Both the position numbers and the translations under genes were made by a program. From Desulfobaccales bacterium (lineage in GTDB: Bacteria; Desulfobacterota; Desulfobaccia; Desulfobaccales; 0-14-0-80-60-11), in the NCBI GenBank assembly GCA_041648175.1, contig JBAZPO010000006.1:83317-147316 (forward strand): a DNA stretch of 64,000 nt. The letters run 5' to 3'. This document shows, piece by piece, positions 37,666 through 46,616 of this stretch. The notes beneath the pieces were generated by a model that saw only the letters and a program-made list of their open reading frames with translations, made no database searches and had not been told where the DNA came from. Each line of letters opens with the position of its first letter. The stretch's first letter is position 1.

Positions 37666-40365
37666 TCAGATTTTCTCGATCTGCACCGCGCAGGCCTTGT
37701 ATTCGGCCGTCTGGGAGACCGGGTCGAATACCGGATTGGTGAGCCAGTTGGCGCAAGCCTCCCGGAAATGGAAGGCCATCCACACCATGCCTTGCGGCAC
37801 TTCCTTGGTAACTTTGGCTTTCACCTGGACTTCGCCGCGCCGAGATTTGACTTTGATCCTCTCGTCGTGTTTGATGTCTAATCTGGCCGCGTCCACCGGA
37901 GAGATATCCGCGGTTTCTTCCCCCAGGATATCGTTCAGCCCCAGGCAGCGGCCGGTTTGGGTCCGACTGTGGTATTGGTAAAGCCTGCGGCCGGTGCTGA
38001 GGACAAAAGGAAATTCCGTATCCGGCACTTCGGCCGGCGGGGTCCAGTCTATCGGGGTGAAGCGGCCCTGGCCGCAGGTAAAACACCCATCTTTGTGCAG
38101 AGTGCAGGTGCCCGGATGCTCGCAGTTAGGCACCGGCCATTGCAGGCCGTCCCCCTCGATGCGGTAGTACTTTACCCCTACCAGGGAGGGCGCCAAATGG
38201 GAGACTTCGTTATCCCAAAGTTCCTGACCGCTGCTGGAGGCCCACTCGTGGCCCAGACGTTTGGCCAGCTCTTTAAAGATCCACCAGTTGGGCTTGGCCT
38301 GGCCCGGAGGTTCGGATACCTTGCGCACCCGGCTGACCCGGCGTTCACTGTTGCTAAAGGTGCCGTCGTCTTCGCTCCAGGCCGCGGCCGGGAAAATGAC
38401 GTCGGCAAACCGGGTGGTCTCAGTGGGGAAGATATCATGACAGACCATGAATTCCGCCGATTCCAGACAGTGTTCCACGTGACGGATGTCAGGCTCGGTA
38501 TTGGCCAGGTTTTCCCCGAACACATAGAAGAACTTCACCTTCCCATCCACCAGGCCATCCATCATCTGGGGCATCATCATACCGTTCTTTTCGGGCAGCT
38601 TCTTTATACCCCAGGCGGCCTCGAACTTGGCCCGGGCCGCGGGGTCCTCCACCTTCTGGTAGCCTGGGAAGACATTGGGCAGCGCCCCCATATCGCAGGC
38701 GCCCTGCACGTTGTTCTGGCCGCGCAGCGGGTTAACCCCGCCGCATTCAAAACCGACATTCCCTAAAACCATCTGCAGGTTGGCACAACTCATGACGTTG
38801 TTGACCCCGCAGGTGTGCTCGGTAATCCCCAGGGTATAGATGAGCATCGCCGGTTTGACCGAAGCCAGCCGACGGGCCACCGCTTCCAGCATCTCCACGC
38901 TGATGCCGGCGATGGCCGCAGCCCGCTCCGGCGGGTACTCCATGACCTTGGCCTTCAGGGCCTCGAAGCCCGTGCAGCACGATTCAATATACTTTTGGTC
39001 CTGGAGGTTCTCCCTGATGATAATGTGCATCAGCCCGTTGAGATAGGCGATATCGGACCCTACCTTGAGGGGCACGTGAATATCGGCGAATTCGGCCAGC
39101 TTGGTGCGCCGGGGATCGCTGACGATGAGGCCTGCGCCATTGAGCACCGCATTTTTGAGAAACGTCGCGGCTACCGGATGAGCCTCGGTCATATTCGAGC
39201 CAATCACAAAAAACATTTTGGCCTTCGCAAAATCGGCGAAGGAGTTAGTCATCGCTCCAGAACCAAATGAGGTCGCCAGCCCGGCGACAGTAGGAGCGTG
39301 TCAGGTACGGGCGCAGTGATCGATGTTGTTCGTCCCGATCACGGCGCGGAATAATTTTTGCATTTGATAGGAATCTTCGTTGATACTCCGGGCGCAACTG
39401 ACGCCCGCGACCGAGTCCGGGCCGTGCTGGGCGATGGTCTCCTTGAGCTTTCCCGCCACCAGGTCCAGGGCCTCGTCCCAGGAGGCTTCCCGGAACTCGC
39501 CGTCGGTTTTGATCAGTGGCATGGTAAGCCGTTCCGGGGAGTAGATGAAGTCATAGCCGAAGCGGCCTTTGACACAGAGCCGTCCCTTATTGGGGGCCGC
39601 CCCTTCTACGCCGGTGACCTTGACGATTTTGCCGTTTTTGACATGGAGCAACTGCTGGCAGCCCACCCCACAATAAGGACAGGTGGTGCGGACCTGCCGC
39701 GTTTCCCATGATCTGGCCAGACCCAGAGCTTTCAACTCTAAAAGCGCGCCTGTCGGGCAGGACTGCACGCACTCACCGCAAAAGACGCAGTCGGAATCGC
39801 TATAGGCGTGGTCCGAACGAGTGACAATCTTATTGTGCGGTCCCCGGTAGCCGATGCTGATGGCCTGATTCACCTGCTTCTCATTGCAGGCCCGCACACA
39901 GCGGCCGCACATAATGCATTTGGCAAAATCCCGGCGGATCAGATGCTTATTATCTTCAAGATTATACGGGGTGTCCGGCGGGTTGGCGAAGCTCGGCGTC
40001 GGCACCTGATAGCGGTACGCCAGGGCCTGCAACTCACACACGCCATTGGCCTCGCAGACCAGGCAGTTGTGGTTGCCGGAGGCCAGCAACAGTTCGAGCA
40101 CCATCTTGCGGGCCGCGTCTACCTGATTGGATTCGGTGTGAATCACCATCCCGGGCGCAGCCTGGGTGGCGCAGGCCGGCAACAGGGTCCGGGCTCCCTC
40201 CACCTCCACCACGCACATACGGCATGAGCCGGTGGCCGTCGTGTCCTTGAGGTAACAGAGCGTGGGAATGGTATAGATACCTGATCCTCGAGCTACTTCC
40301 AAAATGGTCTGCCCGGGTTGGAATTCCGTGGGCTTCCCGTCAATGGTTAAGGCGGGCTTACTCAT
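37666..40365 (-). CDS. fdhA: formate dehydrogenase alpha subunit, selenocysteine-containing (NuoG-like 2Fe-2S/4Fe-4S N-terminus)
   Basis: Track ORFs 39301..40413 and 37666..39252 are in the same frame, joined by TGA at 39301..39303: ...[31 protein letters not shown]. Start set at MSKPALTIDG after GGAGG. Confidence 0.9.
39272..39288 (-). promoter_or_regulatory. candidate SECIS hairpin of fdhA
   Basis: On the coding strand GUCGCC-GGGCU-GGCGAC is a perfect 6-bp stem. It starts 13 nt after the UGA codon. Confidence 0.55.
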
Positions 40366-40417
40366 GTGTCCTTCAACCTCCATCTCAGATTGGACGAAAT
40401 CTCCAGTGGCCATTTGC

Positions 40418-40435
40418 TATTCTTTAAAAAGAATA
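40418..40435. promoter_or_regulatory. perfect 8-2-8 palindrome TATTCTTTaaAAAGAATA in the fdhA leader
   Basis: Read directly. Lies about 50-70 nt upstream of the proposed fdhA start. Confidence 0.35.
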
Positions 40436-40480
40436 CCGCTCAAACTGAATGCTTGGCTTGCCTAATCGACTTTACGCCAA

Positions 40481-40508
40481 AGCGTTATTCTATATAGAGA
40501 ATAGCGCT
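40481..40508. promoter_or_regulatory. 28-bp imperfect palindrome AGCGTTATTCTATATAGAGAATAGCGCT (candidate operator)
   Basis: 14-bp arms with 2 mismatches. A related half-site AGAGAATAGCG recurs at 40594..40604. The region lies between the CMD gene and fdhA. Confidence 0.4.
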
Positions 40509-40693
40509 TGGATAAATATATAATGCCAAACTTCGGTTACCACCAAATCTTGACATTACTGATCGATTATCTCAAATAAGGGGTATTTTCTAAAGAGAAT
40601 AGCGTACTACGGATCCAAAACCAACCTTTTTTCATGCCGCGCCGCATTATTTTTCACCTGGAAATTAGCTGTTCAACCCGGTCCCGAGTCGGC

Positions 40694-41020
40694 TCACTTT
40701 TTTGGTTTCTCTAGAACATCATAGACCCAGCTCAAGGCCGCGGACGTCCGGGGAAAGCCGATAGTGCTGGTCAAGAGGATAATGGCGTGATAGATCTCCT
40801 CCGGGGTGGCGCCCGCGTTCAAGGCCCTTCTGACGTGGCTGTGCACCGAACCCTCTGCATGAGCAGTCGCGGCGGCAGCCAGTTGAACCAGGTGGGCGGT
40901 CTTGTCGTCCAACGGTCCTTCCTGGCGCACCACCTCACCCAGGTTCTCCAACGCCTGAATAAATTTGCCGTGTTTTGTCCGGATGAGCGAGTACCAGCCG
41001 GGGTACTTTTCTTCAGACAT
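40694..41020 (-). CDS. carboxymuconolactone decarboxylase (AhpD-like) family protein, Cys-less variant
   Basis: 108 aa. LDDKTAHLVQLAAAATAHAEGSVHSHVRRALNAGATPEEIYHAIILLTSTIGFP. No CxxC motif. Confidence 0.7.
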   Translation of the reverse strand: MSEEKYPGWYSLIRTKHGKFIQALENLGEVVRQEGPLDDKTAHLVQLAAAATAHAEGSVHSHVRRALNAGATPEEIYHAIILLTSTIGFPRTSAALSWVYDVLEKPKK

Positions 41021-41338
41021 GATTTTTCCTCCAGGGGCTCTTAAGCAGGGTTTTTCACAGACTTGGCCTTATGATGTGCACCTTGCCCGCTCATGTCAAG
41101 TAACGCCTGTCAGCTTCCGTGATGCCTCTGCATTACCCGGTCATGTCCGGCCGCTCTCTTGTAATTCCCGGATAATATTTTTTCCGGCTGCCGGTCTTTT
41201 GCGATTAATTTTTTAAAAATATTAAGATATCCTTAGGTCCATAGCTGTGCGGGGCATGGCCAACAGGATGCCGGCAGAACAGCACCCTGGCCGGGACCGC
41301 GGTAAGAGGTGAGTAAATCCAGCCAAACCGGAGGCAAT

Positions 41339-41782
41339 ATGCTCAGATGGATCTCAACCGGTGTGCTCCTGGCGGCCCTTATGGGGTGCGGCGGCGATAA
41401 CGCCGAAAAGTACATGCAAGCGGGATTTGTCGATTTTCAACAGCAAAAGTACGACGAGGCCATCGCCAACTACGAAAAAGCCATCAAACTGCAACCCCGG
41501 GCTGCGGCCGCTTATAACATGATGGGCATGGCTTACCGCTTCAAATACAACAAGGTAGGGGTCCCGGAATTCCGGCAAAAAGAAATGGCGGCGTTTGAAA
41601 AGGCCGTGGAGATTGATCCGAAGAATTGGGTGGCGCTGATCAATCTGGCCACCGACTATTATGCTGAAGGCCAGAAGGCCAAGGCCGCGACCTTATTCAA
41701 AAAGGCCCTGGAATTAAACCCCGACCATCCTGAAAAGCTTGCCATGCAGAAGATGATCGAGCAGGGCGAATCGAAGCCTTGA
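41339..41782 (+). CDS. TPR-repeat lipoprotein
   Basis: Lipobox LAALMGCGG. TPR motifs (YDEAIANYEKAIKLQP, AYNMMGMAYRF, ALELNPDHP). GGAGG RBS before this ATG. Confidence 0.65.
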   Translation: MLRWISTGVLLAALMGCGGDNAEKYMQAGFVDFQQQKYDEAIANYEKAIKLQPRAAAAYNMMGMAYRFKYNKVGVPEFRQKEMAAFEKAVEIDPKNWVALINLATDYYAEGQKAKAATLFKKALELNPDHPEKLAMQKMIEQGESKP

Positions 41783-42096
41783 GAATCTTCATGCTTCTGG
41801 CGCTGCTGCCGGCGGTGCTCCTGACCGGCTCCTTAAGTTGGGGCCAGGATTCAAAACCACGGATTCCGGACCTGGCCAGGCGTTTGGGCTGCTTTGCCTG
41901 CCATGCCCTAAACGGGGAGGGAGGAAACCTCGCGGCGCCGCTGGACGGGGTCGGGGGTCGTTTATCGCCGCAGCAACTTCAGATAGCTCTCGCCTATCCT
42001 CGCCAGCTCCACCCCGGGGCCAAAATGCCGAGCTACGCCTACCTGCCGCCGGCGGAGCAGGAGGCCTTGGTGAACTACATGGAAAGTCTCAAGTAA
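41779..42096 (+). CDS. small c-type cytochrome (class I-like)
   Basis: Signal peptide, a single CFACH haem-binding motif, and a downstream GAKMPSY candidate Met ligand. Confidence 0.75.
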   Translation: MRIFMLLALLPAVLLTGSLSWGQDSKPRIPDLARRLGCFACHALNGEGGNLAAPLDGVGGRLSPQQLQIALAYPRQLHPGAKMPSYAYLPPAEQEALVNYMESLK

Positions 42097-42175
42097 TGCC
42101 GTTTTTCGTTTTTGATGAAAAAACTTAATTTATCAATGACTCCCATTTTCCTCCATGAGACTTTCGCTGACCCAT

Positions 42176-42198
42176 GCTTTCCAGCCTGTGCTGGAAGC
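42176..42198. repeat. GCTTTCCAGCCTGTGCTGGAAGC hairpin repeat (copy B)
   Basis: Lies between convergent genes. It shares a 17-nt core with copies A and C but folds as CTTCCAGC/GCTGGAAG. Confidence 0.5.
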
Positions 42199-42227
42199 TC
42201 GCCCCGCTTCTTTGACCAAAAACGGTA

Positions 42228-42965
42228 TCATTCGCTGTACCGTCGCACGATAATGATCGCCAAAACCAGGCAGAGTGTGGCATAGCCGCCCAGGACGGCC
42301 AGGGAATCCAGGCTCGCCAGATTCCAGGCTGGGTGTCGCAACAGGTGATTGGTGTGTGTCAATGGCAGGGCTTTGATGATATCCCGCAGCAGCCAGGGCA
42401 TCTCATCCACCGGGAAGAAGGTGCCGCAGAAAAACGCCATGGGCATGATAAAAAAATTGGTAAAGGTGGCAGTGTCTTCATGGGACCTGGATTTCATGCC
42501 CACAATCACCCCAAAGGCGGCGAATACCAAGCAATTGAGGAGCAGGGCCAGGATGAACATCAGGTTGAAGTGAAAGCCGCCCGCCAGAAAGAACCCTAGC
42601 CCCATGAGGATTACCGAGGCAAACAGACCCCGGACCATGCCCGCCAAAATCTGGCCCACCACGATGTCGGTGGCGGTGACCGGAGATTGGATGTAGACCT
42701 GGAAGGTGCGGAAATGGAGGCGCCCCACCGTCATGCTTGTGGCGATCCAGGTATAGGAATTGGTCATGGAGGTCATGGCGACGAGGCCGGGGAGCAGATA
42801 GTCCAGATAGGTGCCTCCGGAAATGGCCACGCGTTTTCCCAACCCCAACCCGAAGGCCAGGAGATAGAGCATGGGGGAAACCAGGGCGGAGACCACATAG
42901 CCCAGGCGCAGCAACCGGCGCCGGAAGAGGAGAAGTTCACGGTAGAAAATGGGAAACCAGTTCAA
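42228..42965 (-). CDS. ABC-2 type transporter permease
   Basis: 245 aa with six TM helices. Translationally coupled (4-nt overlap) to the upstream ATPase gene. Confidence 0.75.
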   Translation of the reverse strand: MNWFPIFYRELLLFRRRLLRLGYVVSALVSPMLYLLAFGLGLGKRVAISGGTYLDYLLPGLVAMTSMTNSYTWIATSMTVGRLHFRTFQVYIQSPVTATDIVVGQILAGMVRGLFASVILMGLGFFLAGGFHFNLMFILALLLNCLVFAAFGVIVGMKSRSHEDTATFTNFFIMPMAFFCGTFFPVDEMPWLLRDIIKALPLTHTNHLLRHPAWNLASLDSLAVLGGYATLCLVLAIIIVRRYSE

Positions 42966-43804
42966 TCGGTAAGCCGCTCCCCAGTGAGTTGGATAAACAC
43001 GTCCTCCAGATTGGTCTGGCGAATAATGACCCCGGCGGGCTCCGTTTGCGCCCGGGCATAGGCCTCATCTTTATCCCGGACCAGCAGGTATTGCCGCCGC
43101 CCGGTGTTGAGGGTCTCAACCACATAGCCCCCTACTTTGGCCACCAGGGCCCGGGGGGTGTCCAAGGCGATGAGCCGGCCCCGGTTTAAGACGCCCACCC
43201 GGTCGCACAGCATCTCCGCTTCTTCGATATAGTGGGTGGTCAGGATAATGGTGATGCCCCCCAGCTTCAGTTCCTGGATGAGGCTCCACAGCTGGCGCCG
43301 CACCTGGGGGTCAAGGCCCACGGTCGGTTCATCGAGAAACAGCACCCGGGGCCGGGATACCAGAGCCCGGAGGATGAGGAGCCGCCGCTGCATTCCCCCG
43401 GAGAAGTCCCGGACCAGGCTATCGGCCCGATCCTGCAAATCCCCGAACTCCAGGAGTTCCCGAATCCGCACGCTCAGATCCGCTGTGCGGTGCAACTTCC
43501 CATAAATCCACAGGTTTTCAAAAGCAGTCAGTTCCCTATCCAGGTTGATTTCCTGGGGGCAGACCCCGATGAGCTTTTTCACCTCCAAAGGCTGACGCAC
43601 CACATCAAAGCCCTGGATGCGGGCCGAACCCCAACTGGGGCGGGCCAGGGTGGTCAAGATCTTAATCGTGGTGGTTTTGCCGGCTCCGTTGGGTCCCAGC
43701 AGGCCGAAGATCTCCCCTGCCGGGATCTGCAAAGATAAGCCGTCCAGGGCCACCAGGTCCTGATACTGCTTGCCCAGATTATCCGTAACAATCATGTCGT
43801 CCAT
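42962..43804 (-). CDS. ABC transporter ATP-binding protein (DrrA/ABC-2 type)
   Basis: GPNGAGKTTT, FSGGMQRRLLILRALV, VLFLDEPTVGLD. Confidence 0.85.
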   Translation of the reverse strand: MDDMIVTDNLGKQYQDLVALDGLSLQIPAGEIFGLLGPNGAGKTTTIKILTTLARPSWGSARIQGFDVVRQPLEVKKLIGVCPQEINLDRELTAFENLWIYGKLHRTADLSVRIRELLEFGDLQDRADSLVRDFSGGMQRRLLILRALVSRPRVLFLDEPTVGLDPQVRRQLWSLIQELKLGGITIILTTHYIEEAEMLCDRVGVLNRGRLIALDTPRALVAKVGGYVVETLNTGRRQYLLVRDKDEAYARAQTEPAGVIIRQTNLEDVFIQLTGERLTD

Positions 43805-45956
43805 GGCCTAGAGGGGAACCGGATGAGCGGCTTCAGGCGCGTTCAGCCCGTGCCGGCAGTCAGTCGCAACCGGTTTTTTCTATTATAACCTGATTTGAGC
43901 AATGCAGAAGGGTCGAATCACTGCGGGATGGCAGGCCCAAAAGCCCGCCCCATCGGAAAAGAAAAAACCCCGATGGCCGAGTGCTATCCCGGCCACCGGG
44001 GTAAAAGGATCGTCAAGCTGCAAGGACTTTAGGAATTCATGACCTTGCCTTCCTCGATGTCGTATCCCAGGACTTTCAGGATGGCTTCCTGCTGGGGATT
44101 GACCTCTTCCAGGACCCGTTTCAGTTTGTTTTCGGTGTCCTTAAAGTAGATGGCCGTCCGCAAGGTCCGCAACTCCTCCATGGCCTCAATGGGGGTCAGG
44201 TCGATATCGGCTCCGGCCAGCCGCTGACAGAGCAGAGTGACATAGGTGAGAGCCGCCACACAGACAAAGAGGTGAATCCGGATTTTCGAATCGGTCCAGT
44301 GGTAAAGGGGCAGCAGCGCCTTTTGGAAGAGGCTGCGGTTATCCTTGGCGTTGCCGATGGAGCGGTTGTTGGCCTTGCCGTTGCCATTGCTAAAGTCCGC
44401 TCCCAAGACGGCCCGAGTTACGCAGGCCTCGTAAATCTCTTCCACTTTCCAATCTTCACGGTCGGTAACGAGGATATTCTTTCCGAAGTGGCGCACGACC
44501 CCGGCCATTTGACTATGATCAAGCTGGAACTCCATGCGGAATTGGCCTTTATCCTGCACGAAATTTACCTGGAAGAGGGTTGGACTGATTTTGAGCTTTT
44601 GGCAAAGGTCTGCCAGGTAAGTCTTGGCGGCGTCGGCCGCCTTGCCCTCGCCCACCTCTTGGGCATTCCGCTGCTGGAACGCCGCCATTTCTTTGCGGAC
44701 CCGCTGCACCTTCTTGCCCAACTCCTGGTAGCTCTTATGAAAGGTCCGGGGGTCAAAGGTGATGATTACCCGGCGTTGGCGCTCCCAAAAAGTCGCCTGA
44801 GTTTCATAATACAGGATCTTCTCATCTTCCGGGCTCACCGGCGAATACTTGGCCTCGTGCTTGCCCGGCAGGGGGCGAAAATCCTTTAACGAGACTTCGG
44901 TTAACGCGCCGGCAAAGTCGGGGGCGCAGGAGGCAATGAAATGCATGCCCCCTTTGTCATCGATTTGGGCAATAAGGGGGGCCACCGCCATGTCCTGATT
45001 CAACAGGATGGTTACATCTTTTGCCGCCACGCCCAAGGCAGCGACCCTGATCAGCAGGTGTTCCATATGGCTATAGAACCCGCTGACGGGCAAGCCTCCG
45101 GAAAAACTTTGATAATAGAGCGGCACCCCTGCATTCGCCTCGCTCACCAGAGCCAATCCCAACTGCTGCTCGGGAAAATGTTCCGCCAGGAATTCCTGAT
45201 CCGCCTCGGGCATGGCCGGGAACGCGGCCGGCTTGGGAGCCGAGGCGATATTGGCGGCCTCGATAATGAGCCGGTGTTCCTGCTCTGGCAGAAGCGAATA
45301 GACCTTTTTGAAAAAGGCCGTCTTAATTTTGTCCAGGTCCGAATCGCTGATCCGGTCCCAGTGATTCCAGAAATTTTGGGAGTTCAAGGATTCCAGCCGC
45401 AAGGGACGGATCCTCTGGATGTCAGTGGTTTCATACCAGCTCGCCAGTTGCCGCTTACTGGTGGGGGCGATGGCTCGGTTCAAGGTGGCGTAGTAGACCA
45501 ACTCACCCAAAGATGGTCCTCTGACCCGCTTTTTGGGAGGCAGAATCTCGTTAATCATGCCGGCCAGGTCCACGTCCCGATCCAGTTCGTTGAGGGCGAA
45601 TACCGAGCCGAATTCCTTAGGAGAGAAACCGCCCTTGCCCATGGCTGCCTGGACTTTGTCGGCAGTGCCCAGATACACTTGATTGATAGTGGTGGGTTTT
45701 CCATAAACCCGCTGGGTCTCCCGAATATAGAAATATTCGTGGCCCTTTTTGACCTTCTTATAAAGATGTGCCATTATTTACCCACCTTTTTAAATTTTAC
45801 CGATAGTTTTAAACTAATGATGGTCTTAATGTACCGACAATCTAGCAAGAAAAAAATGAGTCAAAGTACTCTTTCTTATAGAGCAAAGTACTCTTTCTTT
45901 GATATTTTTCCGGTTTATATTTTATCTCAATTATTTTCTAGGGGGGCGACGCAGGT
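43805..45956 (-). mobile_element. IS element (IS1634/IS4-like); the coordinates are maximal bounds set by the flanking genes
   Basis: Contains the single transposase ORF. I could not identify terminal inverted repeats or a target duplication by eye. Confidence 0.4.
44029..45774 (-). CDS. IS1634-family (IS4-like DDE) transposase
   Basis: 581 aa. The N-terminus MAHLYKKVKKGHEYFYIRETQRVYGKPTTINQVYLG is characteristic of IS1634-type transposases. Composition differs from the neighbours. Confidence 0.65.
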   Translation of the reverse strand: MAHLYKKVKKGHEYFYIRETQRVYGKPTTINQVYLGTADKVQAAMGKGGFSPKEFGSVFALNELDRDVDLAGMINEILPPKKRVRGPSLGELVYYATLNRAIAPTSKRQLASWYETTDIQRIRPLRLESLNSQNFWNHWDRISDSDLDKIKTAFFKKVYSLLPEQEHRLIIEAANIASAPKPAAFPAMPEADQEFLAEHFPEQQLGLALVSEANAGVPLYYQSFSGGLPVSGFYSHMEHLLIRVAALGVAAKDVTILLNQDMAVAPLIAQIDDKGGMHFIASCAPDFAGALTEVSLKDFRPLPGKHEAKYSPVSPEDEKILYYETQATFWERQRRVIITFDPRTFHKSYQELGKKVQRVRKEMAAFQQRNAQEVGEGKAADAAKTYLADLCQKLKISPTLFQVNFVQDKGQFRMEFQLDHSQMAGVVRHFGKNILVTDREDWKVEEIYEACVTRAVLGADFSNGNGKANNRSIGNAKDNRSLFQKALLPLYHWTDSKIRIHLFVCVAALTYVTLLCQRLAGADIDLTPIEAMEELRTLRTAIYFKDTENKLKRVLEEVNPQQEAILKVLGYDIEEGKVMNS

Positions 45957-46616
45957 TCAGAGGGAGGTAGTAGCCGCATATCCCTTATGGATGGCGTATT
46001 TCACCAAATCAGTATTCTTCTTGAAGTTTAATTTTTTCATAATTTTTGCACGATGATTTTGGATAGTGCGAAAGCTGAGGAACATAATTTCTGCCATTTC
46101 TTTGCTCGACTTGCCTTCGGCGATCAGTTTGATGATCTCGATCTCCCGCCGGGTCAGGGGTTCAGCGGGTTCGGCTTCCTCTTGGCGTTGGCTCTGGACA
46201 TAGAGGTTTGCCAGGTCACTGGCCAAGAGCGGCGAGACGTAAAGCATCCCCTGCCTGATCTTCTCGATGGCATTGAGGAGCTCTTTGGGGGCATCTTCTT
46301 TCAGCAGGTAGCCGTCAACGCCCGCGGCCATGGCGTTATGCAGGTATTCTTTCTTTTTGTGCATGGTGAGAATCAGCACTTTAACGTTTGGGTACTCCTG
46401 CTTAATCTCCCGGGCAACCTCTATCCCCGGCAAAGAGGGCATGGTTATATCCAGGATCACCATATCCACCGGCAATTTCTTTAAAAGCCGCAACAGGTCA
46501 GGCCCATCCCCCACTTCGCCCACAACCTCAAACCCCGGAAAGGCCTCAATAATTTTTTTGATTCCCTCCCGCACCAGAACATGATCTTCAGCCAAAATAA
46601 TCTTATACATAATCAT
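45957..46616 (-). CDS. LuxR/NarL-family response regulator
   Basis: Receiver domain (ILAEDHVLVREG...DMVILDITMPSLPG) plus LuxR HTH (LTRREIEIIKLIAEGKSSKEMAEIMFLSFRTIQNHR). 4-nt overlap with the kinase gene. Confidence 0.85.
   Translation of the reverse strand: MIMYKIILAEDHVLVREGIKKIIEAFPGFEVVGEVGDGPDLLRLLKKLPVDMVILDITMPSLPGIEVAREIKQEYPNVKVLILTMHKKKEYLHNAMAAGVDGYLLKEDAPKELLNAIEKIRQGMLYVSPLLASDLANLYVQSQRQEEAEPAEPLTRREIEIIKLIAEGKSSKEMAEIMFLSFRTIQNHRAKIMKKLNFKKNTDLVKYAIHKGYAATTSL

Noticed and set aside
40694-41020. AhpD/CMD-family protein as a third selenoprotein candidate (the family includes Sec forms)
   Set aside because: The ORF is complete and has no in-frame TGA. The usual CxxC position is occupied by H-A-E-G-S-V-H, so there is no Sec or Cys redox motif.
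43805-44028. Terminal inverted repeats or target-site duplication of the IS element (for example CTAGAGGGG at 43807 versus CTAGGGGGG at about 45936)
   Set aside because: The similarity is short, imperfect and in direct rather than inverted orientation. It is not enough to define the ends.
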